The translations under genes were made by a program, and so were the position numbers. The notes beneath the pieces are model-generated. The model did not search any database, was not told the origin of the DNA, and was given only the letters and a program-made list of their open reading frames with translations. DNA of 64,000 bases, taken from the NCBI GenBank assembly GCA_963766715.1, contig CAVYBH010000017.1:133396-197395 (forward strand). The letters are read 5' to 3'. The DNA comes from an uncultured delta proteobacterium (lineage in GTDB: Bacteria; Myxococcota; Myxococcia; Myxococcales; Anaeromyxobacteraceae). Every line of letters starts with the position of its first letter. The stretch's first letter is position 1. Of the stretch, positions 1-12,764 are shown in pieces.

Positions 1-1412
1 ACTCCCGCAGCGCCTTGATCTCCTCCTCGTAGGTCTTGAAGAGCGGCACGAGGTCCTGCGCCACGCGGCGGAGATCGGTGATCTCGACCTCGCGCCCCTG
101 CGAGAAGGCGCGGTGCAGCGCGCCCACCACCACCTGCTCGAGCTCGGCGCCGGAGAAGTGCTCGCAGGCATCGGCGAGCAGGCCCAGGTCGAACCGCTCC
201 GGCACGCGGCCTCGCTTCTGGAGGTGGAGCGCCAGGATGGCCCGGCGGGCGGCGGCATCGGGCAGGTCGACGAAGAAGAGCTCGTCGAAGCGCCCGCGCC
301 GGAGCAGCTCCGGCGGCAGCCGGGACACGTCGTTGGCGGTGGCCACCGCGAAGACCTCGCCCTCCCGCTCCTGCAGCCAGGTGGAGAAGGAGCCCAGCAA
401 CCGGGCGGCGCGCGAGTCGGCGCCCTGCCCCGGCCCGCTCCCGGCGAAGGCCTTCTCGATCTCGTCGACCCAGACCGCCACCGGCGCCACGGCCTCCGCC
501 GCGGACAGGGCCCGGGCCAGGTTCTCCTCGGCCCCCTCGGCGGCGCCCAGGACGCGCGGGAGGTCGAGCCGGAGCAGGGGCACGCCGAGCTGCGCCGCCG
601 CCACCTTGGCCGCCAGCGACTTCCCGCAGCCCTGCACGCCGACGAGCAGCACGCCGCGCGGCGCCGGGAGCCCGAAGGCCCGGGCGTCCGGTGCGAAGGA
701 TTGCGCCCGCTCCTCCATCCAGGTCTTGAAGGTCTCGAGCCCGCCCAGCGACTCGGGAGCCTCGCGGGTCTCCACCAGCTCGAGACCCAGGTCCCGCGCC
801 AGGATCCGCTTCTTCTCCCCGAGCACCAGGTCGGCGGCCGCGAGCCCCAGGGCGGGGTCGGCCCGCAGCGCCCGGAGGAAGGCCCGGCGGGCCTGGCTCT
901 CGGTGAGGCCGCGCGCCGCGACGAGCACGCGGTGGCGGTCGGCCTGCGAGGCGCCACCCGGCGGGGCGAGCGCGTCGAGCAGCACCGCGAGCTCGGCCGC
1001 CGACGGGCAGCGGCAGCCGGATCACCGCCGCCTCCGCCGCCAGCCCGGGCGGGATGGCCAGGCGGGGCGCCACCACGGCCAGGCAGCGCCCCTCCGCGGT
1101 CAGGCGCGGCAGCGCGTCCCGGATCACCCGGACCACGCCGGGATCCTCGAGGGCCTCGTGGAAGTCGAGCAGCACGGCCAGGAAGGGCGCCGGGGCCTGG
1201 AGGACGGCCTCGATCGCCGCGATGGGCGTCTTCGCCAGCGGGGCGATGGGGTCGAGCCCCCGCACGCTGGACCAGACCGCGACGTTGGCGTCGAACCCGT
1301 CCGCGGCGGCCCGGCAGACCGCCACCGCCCGCTCCTCCTCGGCGGTCACCAGGTAGACGATCGGCGTGCCGGCCGACCAGAGCTCCGCGATCTCGGCCTG
1401 GGGCGAGGTCAT
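1..1412 (-). CDS. AAA+ ATPase (Ycf46/SpoVK-like), runs off left edge; apparent frameshift near 1005
   Basis: Manual translation: MTSPQAEIAELWSAGTPIVYLVTAEEERA..., Walker A GVQGCGKS (~620-645), RRGRFDELFFVDLP. Start overlaps the upstream gene's stop (ATGA). Absent from the ORF track. Confidence 0.85.
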   Translation of the reverse strand, partial: MTSPQAEIAELWSAGTPIVYLVTAEEERAVAVCRAAADGFDANVAVWSSVRGLDPIAPLAKTPIAAIEAVLQAPAPFLAVLLDFHEALEDPGVVRVIRDALPRLTAEGRCLAVVAPRLAIPPGLAAEAAVIRLPLPVGGRARGAARRARPAGWRLAGRPPPRARRGARPHREPGPPGLPPGAAGRPRPGARGRRPGARGEEADPGAGPGSRAGGDPRGSRVAGRARDLQDLDGGAGAILRTGRPGLRAPGAARRAARRRAGLREVAGGQGGGGAARRAPAPARPPARPGRRRGGRGEPGPGPVRGGGRGAGGGLGRRDREGLRRERAGAGRRLARRPVAGLLLHLAAGAGGRGLRGGHRQRRVPAAAGAAPARALRRALLRRPARCRRPPGHPGAPPPEARPRAGAVRPGPARRCLRALLRRRARAGGGGRAAPRLLAGARGRDHRSPPRGAGPRAALQDLRGGDQGAAG

Positions 1413-3233
1413 CGCTGTCCTTCCGCATCGGCCGTCGAGCGCATGGCCTCCTCGAAGGAGGTCGCCCCCGAGGCCACCTTGAGGACGGCGTGCTCGCGCA
1501 GGGTGCGCAGGCCGTCCTGGCGGGCCGTCCGGGCCAGCACCTCGGGGGTCGCCCCCTCGGCGATGAGGTGGCGGAGCCGGTGGTTGACCGAGAGGATCTC
1601 GAAGATCCCGGTGCGCCCGAAGAACCCGGTGAAGCGGCACCGGGGGCAGCCGACGCCCTTGCGGGCGATGAGCTTGCCGGCGTGCTCCTCGGGGTGCCGG
1701 ACGCCGAGCTCGGCCACCTGGTCGGCCGTGAGCAGGACGTCCTCCGCGCAGCTCGGGCAGACGCCCGCGCACCAGCCGCTGGGCCACCACGCCGGTCAGC
1801 GTCGCGGCGATGAGGAACCCGGGAACGCCCAGGTCCCGGAGACGCGCCACCGCGCCGACCGAGTCGCTGGTGTGGAGCGTCGTCAGCACCAGGTGCCCGG
1901 TGAGGGCCGCCTGGACGGCCTGGGAGGCCGTCTCCGCATCCCGGATCTCGCCCACCATGACCACGTCGGGATCCTGGCGGAGCACGTGGCGCAGCGCCTC
2001 GGCGAAGCCGGTGCCGGTCTTGGGGTTGGCCGCGATCTGGTTGAACTCCTCGTGAACCATCTCGATGGGGTCCTCGATGGTCACGATGTTGATCTCCGGC
2101 GAGGCCAGCGCCTCCAGCGCGGAGTAGAGCGTGGTGGTCTTGCCCGATCCGGTCGGGCCGGTGACCACCACCATGCCGTGCGGCCGCTCCAGCCAGCGCT
2201 CGAGGCGATCGCGCTCGTCGGGCAGGAATCCCAGCTCGGAGAGGTCGCGCACCAGGATCTGCTGGTCGAGCACCCGGACCACCACCTTGTCGCCGAAGGC
2301 GGTGGGGATGGTGGAGACGCGGAGCTCCATCTCGGTCTCGCCCCGCGCCGTCCGGATGCGCCCGTCCTGCGGGCGCCGGGCGGCGATGTCGAGGCGGGCC
2401 ATGATCTTCAGCCGGTTGACGATGGCCCCGTGCACGCTCTTGGGGACCCGGTAGACCGGGTGGAGGACCCCGTCGATCCGCATGCGGATGATGCTCTCCT
2501 CGCGCCGCGGCTCCACGTGGATGTCGCTGGCCCGCTGCTCGAAGGCGTAGTGGAGCAGGTACTCGACCGCGGCCACGACCGGCTCGCTGGAGGCCTCGAG
2601 CGCGTCGAGCCCGGACAGGTCGACGAACTGCTCGAGGTTCCCCACGTCCACCACCCCGCCCTCGACGCGGGACTGCGCCTCGCGGATCTGCTCGCGGAAG
2701 CCGTAGATCTCGGCGATGGCGCGGTGGATGTCGGCGGGCGCGGAGAGCACCGGCTCGATGGCCATCCCGGTGAGCCCGTGCAGGTTCTCGAAGAGCTCCC
2801 GGTCGAACGGATTGGCCGTCGCGACCACGAGCGCGCCGTTGCGCTTCTCGATCGGGAGCACCGCGTGCTTGCGCGCGAACGGCCGCGAGAGCGTCCGGGT
2901 GATGAGCTGGACGTCGAGCTTGAGCGGGTCGACCTTGACGTACGGGACGCCGGTCGACTCGGCGAGCGCCTTGGTGATCCGGTCCTCGTCGATCCGGTCG
3001 GTCTCGCGCCGGGCGTCGAAGAAGCCGAAGGAGGAGAGCAGCTCGACCGGCGACAGGTCGGCGCGGCGCAGGGCGCGCCCGTCCCGTCCGGCGGACTCGC
3101 GGAGCAGCTTCGCCCGCTGCACGTTCTCGCGCCCGGTGGCGATCTTGCGGTCCTCGGGGCGCAGGATCCCCTGGCGCTGGAGCGCCTCGGTGACGAAATC
3201 GAGGTTGAAATCGCTGGCGCGATGGCTTCGCAT
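1409..3233 (-). CDS. GspE/PilB-family secretion/pilus ATPase (several apparent frameshifts)
   Basis: ASDIHVEP, Walker A GPTGSGKTTT (~2131-2165), TIEDPIE, LRQDPDVVMVGEIRD, TGHLVLTTLH, tetracysteine CPSC...CPRC, GRTGIFE. Confidence 0.9.
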
Positions 3234-3301
3234 GCCGCACGGATCCTATCGCGGCTGGCCCCGGGGAGCGAGGTGGCGTCCTCGAGGCGGTATCGCTCGT
3301 T

Positions 3302-3319
3302 TCCGCGCGACCGCGCGGA
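3302..3319 (-). promoter_or_regulatory. Putative bacterial SECIS element
   Basis: UGA(3333-3331), 11 nt, then UCCGCGC-GGUC-GCGCGGA (7-bp stem, GGUC loop). Confidence 0.7.
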
Positions 3320-3321
3320 TG

Positions 3322-3540
3322 TCAGATGGCTCAGCCGACCGGCCCACACCCGGGGGAGGCGCTGGCCGGACTGGCCCCGCCCCCCTCGCCGGACGAATGG
3401 GCGGCCGGGCGCGACATCCGCTTCTCGACCCGCTTGCCCTTGCAGGCGGGACAGCGGACGTCGGCCTCGTCGGAGCGGCGCAGCACCAGCTCCTCGAAAT
3501 CGCGCTGGCAGGCCTTGCAGCTGTACTCGTAGATGGGCAT
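3322..3540 (-). CDS. FmdB-family zinc-ribbon protein, probable C-terminal selenocysteine (ends at 3331 if the UGA is a stop)
   Basis: MPIYEYSCKAC...CPAC signature; C-terminus CGPVG-UGA-A-I-UGA with SECIS-like hairpin. Confidence 0.85.
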
Positions 3541-3584
3541 CGGCCGTGAGAGCCAGCCCGGCCCGGCAGGATTCGCGCCGGCCC

Positions 3585-4172
3585 CTACTTCGTCTTCTTC
3601 CGCCCCTTCTTGGGGGCCTGGGCCGAGTTTCCGCGGAGCCAATCGACCTCCCGGTCGTACAGCCGGATGGCGCCGCGCAGCACCTCCATCGCCTCGCTCC
3701 GCCCCTGGGGCTCGCGGACCAGCACCTTCTTGTGCTCGAGCGCCTTGTAGTCCTCGAAGAAGCGCTTGAGCTCCCGCATCCGGTGGGCCGGCATCTCGGA
3801 GATGTCGGAGATGTCCGCGTACTCGGGGTCGTCGGCGGAGACGGCGACGAGCTTGTCGTCCTCGCCCTTGTCGTCGCGCATGCGCATCACGCCGATGACC
3901 TTGGCCTGCATGATGGCCAGCGGGACGATGTGCTCCTGGCAGTAGACGAGGATGTCCAGCGGATCCCCGTCGTCGCAGTAGGTGCGGGGGACGAAGCCGT
4001 AGTTGGCGGGATAGTGGACCGCGCTGAAGAGGATCCGGTCGACGCGGAGCAGGCCGCTCGCCTTGTCCAGCTCGTACTTCACCTTCGATCCGGTGGGGAT
4101 CTCGATGATCGCGGGGATCGACTCCTCCGAGTATCGGGGGAGCTTCACGTCGTGCCACGGGTGGAAGGACAT
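3585..4172 (-). CDS. ppa: Family I inorganic pyrophosphatase
   Basis: [32 protein letters not shown]. Confidence 0.95.
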   Translation of the reverse strand: MSFHPWHDVKLPRYSEESIPAIIEIPTGSKVKYELDKASGLLRVDRILFSAVHYPANYGFVPRTYCDDGDPLDILVYCQEHIVPLAIMQAKVIGVMRMRDDKGEDDKLVAVSADDPEYADISDISEMPAHRMRELKRFFEDYKALEHKKVLVREPQGRSEAMEVLRGAIRLYDREVDWLRGNSAQAPKKGRKKTK

Positions 4173-4205
4173 TCGGTCTCCGGTTCGCCGGGAATCGGGC
4201 GCGGG

Positions 4206-5092
<887 letters not shown>

Positions 5093-5096
<4 letters not shown>

Positions 5097-7177
5097 GGAT
5101 CTCTCCGGGGTGAGGGCACCTTAAGGTCGACGCCCATTTCGGGCAACTTCGCCTCCTCGCCTTCCTCGGCGAGGAGCGCGTCCACCTCGGCCTCTCCCGG
5201 CTCGAGCGCGACCACGGAGTCCGGGCGGTGGAAGAATTCCCGGACCAGGCGGGCCTGGGCCGGCCCGATCCCCTCGACCTGGGCGATCTCCGCCTCGGTC
5301 GCCTCGCGCACGCGGCGCAGCAATCCGAAGTGACGGAGCAGCGCCTTGCGCCGCAGGTCGCCGATCCCGGGGATCTCGTCCAGCACGGATCGGAGGTTCT
5401 GGACCCGCCGCAGCTTGCGGTGGAACTCGATGGCGAAGCGGTGGGCCTCGTCCCGCAGCCGCACGAGCAGGTAGAGCTCGGCGGAGTTCTGGCGCAGCAC
5501 GACCGGATCCTTCCGGCCGGGGACGAAGATCCGCTCCGGCGTGCGAGCCGCCTCGGCGACGAAGCCCTTCCCGGCCCGCTCCGCGGCCTCGGCCAGGCCC
5601 GCGCTCCGCGACGATCGGCGCGAGATCACCCGGGTCGTCGAGAGCGCGGTGGCGTCCAGGTTGCGGCTCTTGGCCAGTCCCACCATCTGCACGAAGGGCA
5701 GGCCGGGGTTCCCGGGATCCGGCTTCGTCGGAACCCCCAGGTCGTGCGCCGCCGCGAGCGCCGCGGCCAGCTGCCCCTTGCCGCCGTCGATGACGAGCAG
5801 GTCGGGCATGGCCCCCTCGGCCAGCGCCCGGCGCAGCCGCCGGGTCACCACCTCGTGGAGCATGGCGAAGTCGTCCTGGCCGGCGACGCCCCGCACCTTG
5901 TAGCGCCGGTAGCCGTCCCGATCGGGCTCTCCATCCCGCATGGACACGCCCGAGCCCACCGCCAGCGATCCCTGGAAGGTGGAGATGTCGTAGCACTCCA
6001 TCCAGCGCGGCTCCCGGGCCAGGTGGAGCGCCCGGGTGAGCGCGGCGAGCGCGTCGTCGCGCCGGCCGCCCTCCTCCCGCCAGCTCCGGAACGACTGCTC
6101 CGCGTTGCGATTCGCCACGTCCAGGAGATCGGCCTTGGCGCCCCGCTGCGGGAAGAGGAGCCGGACCTTGCGGCCGCGCCGTTCGCCGAGCACCTCGGCC
6201 AGCGCGTCCACGTTGGCGGGCTCGATGGGGAGCAGGACCTCGTCGGGCGGCGCCACCCGCTCGTAGTAGAGGGAGAGGAACGAGGAGAGGAGCTCGTCGC
6301 CGGGGAACTCCTGGCCGGCGAACGGGTGGGCCCGGGAGTCGAGGAGCTTGCCCCCCCGCATCGAGAGCACCTGGAAGACCAGGTCGGGCCCCTCGCGGTG
6401 GATGCCCAGCACGTCCCGGTCGGCCCGGTCGTCCATCAGGACGCGCTGGGTCTCCAGGCTCCGCGCCACCGCCCGGAGCTGGTCGCGCACCCGGGCCGCC
6501 TCCTCGAACCGGAGCGCCGCCGCGGACTCCCGCATGCGCGCCGCCAGCCGCTCGGCGAGCTCCCCTTCCCTGCCCTCCAGGAAGGCCACGGCGTCGTCCA
6601 CGCTCCGTCCGTACTCCTCGGGCGAGACGTCGTAGACGCAAGGGGCCGGGCAGCGGTGGATCTGGTAGAGGATGCAGGGGCGCTTGCGGTGGTCGAAGAC
6701 GTGATCGGTGCAGGTCCGCAGCTGGAACCAGCGGTTCACCACGCGCAGGGTCTCCCGGATGGAGCTGGCGCTCGAGTAGGGGCCGAACCAGCGCGCCCCG
6801 TCGTCCTTGCGCTGCCGGGCGCGGCTCACCTCCAGGCGGGGGAACGGGTGGCGGGTGTCGAGGCGCAGGACGATGAAGTCCTTGTCGTCGCGCAGCCGGA
6901 CGTTGAAGCGCGGCTTGTGCTTCTTGATGAGCTCGTTCTCGAGGAGGACCGCCTCCTTCTCGGATCGGGTCACCACCACGTCGAGGTCGCCCAGCAGCCC
7001 GTCGAGGAGCGGGATGAAGTGGCGGTCGTCGCCGCTGGCGTCGAAGTAGCTGCGGACCCGGGAGCGGAGCGAGGCCGCCTTGCCCACGTACACGACCTCG
7101 CCGGCCCGGTCCTTCATGAGATAGACCCCGGGCTGGTGGGGCAGGTCGTCGATCTTCCTCCGGAGCGCGGCGTCCAT
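5093..7177 (-). CDS. uvrC: Excinuclease ABC subunit C
   Basis: [44 protein letters not shown], HhH end. Confidence 0.95.
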
Positions 7178-7194
7178 GGGCGGGAGGTCCCGGA

Positions 7195-9283
<2,089 letters not shown>

Positions 9284-9312
9284 CGGGGAATCCTAACGGC
9301 CGGAGCGCTCCG

Positions 9313-10761
9313 CTACTCGACCTTCCAGGTGGTGCCGGAAGGGCCGTCCATCAGGGCCACGCCCATGGCCGCCAGCTCGGCGCGAACCGCGTCGGAGCGG
9401 GCGAAGTCCTTGGCGGCGCGCGCGGCGGTGCGCTCGGCAATCCGGGCCTCGACGAGCGCCGGGTCGATGCCCCGCCGCAGGACGGCGCGGGCCCGCAGCG
9501 CCTCCAGGGCGGCCGAGGTCGGCCGCTGCAGGATCCCGAGCTCCGCACCGACCGAGCGGGCATTCCGCGCGAACCGCGCCAGGGCCGCGCGATCCTCCGG
9601 GCTCTTCTTGCCCTTGCGGTCGGCGTCGGCGTTGGCGACCGTGAAGGCGTCGGCGAGGATGCCCAGCACCGCTGCGGTGTTGAAGTCGTCGTCGAGCACG
9701 GCCCGCGCCTCCTCGGCCCAGGCCGAGATCCCGGGCCCCGGCTCGGCGCCCGCGGCGATCCGATCGGCCTTCTCCAGCGTCTCGTAGAGGTATCCGAGGC
9801 GCCGCTCGGCGTCGGCCAGCAGCCCGTCGGAGAAGTTGATGGGATTGCGGTAGTGGGTGCCGAGCAGGAGGAGGCGAAGCCCCTCGGCGTCGTGGCGCCG
9901 GAGCACGTCCTTCACCGTGAAGAAGTTGCCCAGCGACTTGGACATCTTCTCGTTGTCGAGCTCGACGAACCCGTTGTGCATCCAGTACCGGGCGAAGTCC
10001 TCCGGCTCGAGCCGCTCGGAGAGGGCCGCCGCCGACTGGGCAATCTCGTTGGTGTGGTGCGGGAAGACCAGGTCCTTGCCCCCGGTGTGGATGTCGAACG
10101 GGGCGCCCAGGTGCTCGAGCGTCATGGCCGAGCACTCGATGTGCCACCCCGGCCGTCCCTTCCCCCACGGGGAATCCCAGGCCGGCTCGCCGGGCTTGGC
10201 CCCCTTCCAGAGGGCGAAGTCGAGAGGGTCCCGCTTGGATTCGCCGGGCTCGACCCGCGCCCCGGACTCCAGGTCGTCGAGGTTCCGCCGGGAGAGCCGC
10301 GTGTAGGCCGGGAACTTCCGGACCGCGTAGTAGACGTCGCCTCTCCCGTCCGGGTAGGCGAAGCCGCGCGCGACGAGCCGCTCGATGAGGGCCACGATCC
10401 CTGGCATGGAGCTGCTGACCCGGGGCGCGGCGTCGGGGCGCGCGCAGCCCATCGCGTCCATGTCCTCCAGGAAGGAATCGGCGTACCGGGAGGCGAACGC
10501 GACCGGATCCTCGCCCCCCTCGGCGGCGCGCCGGATGATCTTGTCGTCGACGTCGGTGAAGTTGCGGACGTACTTCACCTCGAACCCGCGAGCGCGCAGG
10601 TGGCGGACCACCACGTCCCAGACCACGTAGCAGCGCGCGTGCCCGAGGTGGGCGTGATCGTAGACCGTGGGGCCGCAGACGTAGAGGCCGACCTTGCCCG
10701 GGACGATGGGGTGGAACTCGCGCTTCTCGCCGGCGAGCGTGTCGTAGATCTGGATGGCCAT
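9313..10761 (-). CDS. cysS: Cysteine--tRNA ligase
   Basis: CGPTVYD, HLGH, GRPGWHIECSAM, KMSKSLGN. Confidence 0.97.
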   Translation of the reverse strand: MAIQIYDTLAGEKREFHPIVPGKVGLYVCGPTVYDHAHLGHARCYVVWDVVVRHLRARGFEVKYVRNFTDVDDKIIRRAAEGGEDPVAFASRYADSFLEDMDAMGCARPDAAPRVSSSMPGIVALIERLVARGFAYPDGRGDVYYAVRKFPAYTRLSRRNLDDLESGARVEPGESKRDPLDFALWKGAKPGEPAWDSPWGKGRPGWHIECSAMTLEHLGAPFDIHTGGKDLVFPHHTNEIAQSAAALSERLEPEDFARYWMHNGFVELDNEKMSKSLGNFFTVKDVLRRHDAEGLRLLLLGTHYRNPINFSDGLLADAERRLGYLYETLEKADRIAAGAEPGPGISAWAEEARAVLDDDFNTAAVLGILADAFTVANADADRKGKKSPEDRAALARFARNARSVGAELGILQRPTSAALEALRARAVLRRGIDPALVEARIAERTAARAAKDFARSDAVRAELAAMGVALMDGPSGTTWKVE

Positions 10762-10770
10762 CTCGGTCGC

Positions 10771-11918
10771 CTATCTCCTCACCAGCAGCGCCACGGCGTG
10801 CGCCGCGATTCCCTCGCCTCGCCCCACGAATCCGAGCCCCTCGCCGGTGGTCGCCTTCACGTTCACCTGCCCGGGTGCGACGCCCAGCGCCTCCGCCAGC
10901 CGGGCTCGCATCTCGTCGGCGCGGGGCGCGATCTTCGGGACGCCGCGCCGCCAGCGTCACGTCGCAGTTCCCGACCGTCCACCCCAGCGCCGCGGCCTTC
11001 GCGGCCACCTCCCGGAGGAGGCGGAGGGACGAGACCCCCTTCCACTGCGGGTCGGTGTCGGGGAAGTGGCGGCCGATGTCCCCCAGGCCCGCCGCGCCGA
11101 GCACGGCGTCGCAGAGGGCATGGGCGCAGATGTCGGCGTCGGAGTGACCGAGCAGCCCGTCTCCCTCGAACTCGACGCCGCCGAGCACGAGCTTCCGTCC
11201 CGGCGCGAAGGCGTGGACGTCGTAGCCCACGCCCATGGCGACGGCCGGCTCGACGAGCGCCCGGGCCCGGGCCAGGTCGCCCGGCCCGGTGATCTTGAAG
11301 TTCGTCGCCTCGCCAGGGACGAGCGCCACCGTCTCCCCGAGCCGCTCGACGAGCTGGCACTCGTCGGTGGCCCCGGCTGCGGAGGGGCCCGCCGACTCGA
11401 AGGCCCTTCGCAACAGGGAGGTGCGGAATCCCTGCGGCGTCTGGGCCAGCCACACGCTGCGCCGGTCGAGGGTCTCGGCGACGCGATCGCCCTCGGCCCG
11501 CTTCACGGTGTCGGTCGCGGCGAGAGCGGCCAGTGCGGCGCCGCGCGCGAGCGCCGTCTCGGCCACCGCCCGCGCCAGGGCCGGGGTGGCGAAGGGGCGC
11601 GCCGCGTCGTGCACGAGCACCACCCCCACCGGCCCCAGGGCGTCGAGCCCGGCCCGGACCGAGTCGGCCCGTGCGAGCCCGCCCGCGACCGTGCGGACCG
11701 GGATTCCGATGCCGGCCAGGTCGGTCTGGCCCCGCTCTTCCTCCCCGGCCGGGACGACCAGGACCAGCTCGTCGACCACGCCGGAGGCGGCCAGGGCGCG
11801 CGCGGCCCGGCGAAGGACCGTCTCCCCGCCCAGGGAGACCCATTGCTTGGCGACGCCGGCGCGAAGCCCCGAATCCGCCCGCCGCCAGGATCGCTCCCAC
11901 CCTCTCGCTGCCGATCAC
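10771..11918 (-). CDS. ispDF: Bifunctional IspD/IspF (apparent frameshifts ~11870 and ~10945)
   Basis: [30 protein letters not shown] joined in frame to [28 protein letters not shown]. Confidence 0.9.
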
Positions 11919-11937
11919 CCTGCCTCCACTCCCCGGC

Positions 11938-11953
11938 TGGCACCGACCGTGCT
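11938..11953 (+). promoter_or_regulatory. Sigma54-type -24/-12 motif, antisense to the operon
   Basis: TGGCACCGACCGTGCT = TGGCAC with GG-N10-GC. Confidence 0.45.
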
Positions 11954-12093
11954 CTGTCCCGACGTCGATGCCCGCCCTGACCGCCACCACGGACGTCGCG
12001 CCCCGGAAACGAGACCGCCGCGCGTGCCGATGGCCGCGCGGCGGACGCATCCGCAGTCGGTCCGGCGCGGCGAGCCGCCCCGGCCGGGCGGCT

Positions 12094-12609
12094 TCAGTTG
12101 ATGTTGAAGATCTTCCGGAGCTCGGTCTCCACGTCCTGCTCGTCACAGTCCTTGGCGATGGCCAGTTCCTTGATGAGCAGCGACCGCGCCGTATCGAGCA
12201 TCTTCCGCTCGCCGAAGGACAGGTCCTTGTCGGAGCGGAGCAGGTAGAGATCGCGCAGGACCTCGGCGATCTCGAAGACCGAACCGGTCTTGATCTTGTC
12301 CATGTACTCGCGGTACCGGCGGTTCCAGGTGGTGGAATCGACCGAGACCTCCTTCTCGCGAAGGATGCTGTAGACCTTGCGCACTTCCTTGTCGCCGATG
12401 ATCTCGCGCAGGCCGACCGAGCCCACCTTGTTCATCGGGATCATGATCTTCATCCCGTTGTCGAGGATGCGCAGCACGTAGAAGGACTGCCGCTGGCCGG
12501 CAACCTCCTTGTGCTCGATGCCCATCACTTCGCCAACTCCCTGACCAGGGTAAACTGCCTTGTCCCCGACCTTGAAGGTCGGGCCCGACGGGTTCTGAGG
12601 TGCGGCCAT
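12094..12609 (-). CDS. cdnL: CarD-family RNA polymerase-binding protein (CdnL type)
   Basis: FKVGDKAVYPGQGVG, WNRRYRE; no HMGA tail; lies upstream of ispDF. Confidence 0.92.
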   Translation of the reverse strand: MAAPQNPSGPTFKVGDKAVYPGQGVGEVMGIEHKEVAGQRQSFYVLRILDNGMKIMIPMNKVGSVGLREIIGDKEVRKVYSILREKEVSVDSTTWNRRYREYMDKIKTGSVFEIAEVLRDLYLLRSDKDLSFGERKMLDTARSLLIKELAIAKDCDEQDVETELRKIFNIN

Positions 12610-12684
12610 TCGTTCCTCCGCCCGGCTGCCAATCTCGCCTGCGCCCGGGTGTTCGGGCGGGCGGGCGCTGGGCCTGGAGCGCGA

Positions 12685-12713
12685 ACCCTACCACAACGCT
12701 TGCGCCCCGTCAA
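12685..12713 (-). promoter_or_regulatory. Sigma70-type promoter of cdnL operon
   Basis: TTGACG-N17-TAGGGT with TGn extension. Confidence 0.6.
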
Positions 12714-12764
12714 TACGAGCGAAATCGATCGCTTTCGGGTGCTTTCCTGAGCACTTCCGCAAGG

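Noticed and set aside
3285..3324. Second UGA as another Sec (U-x-x-U), with a weak GAAA-loop hairpin 11 nt downstream
   Set aside because: Read-through would run out of frame into gspE, and the hairpin is mismatched and overlaps the better SECIS.
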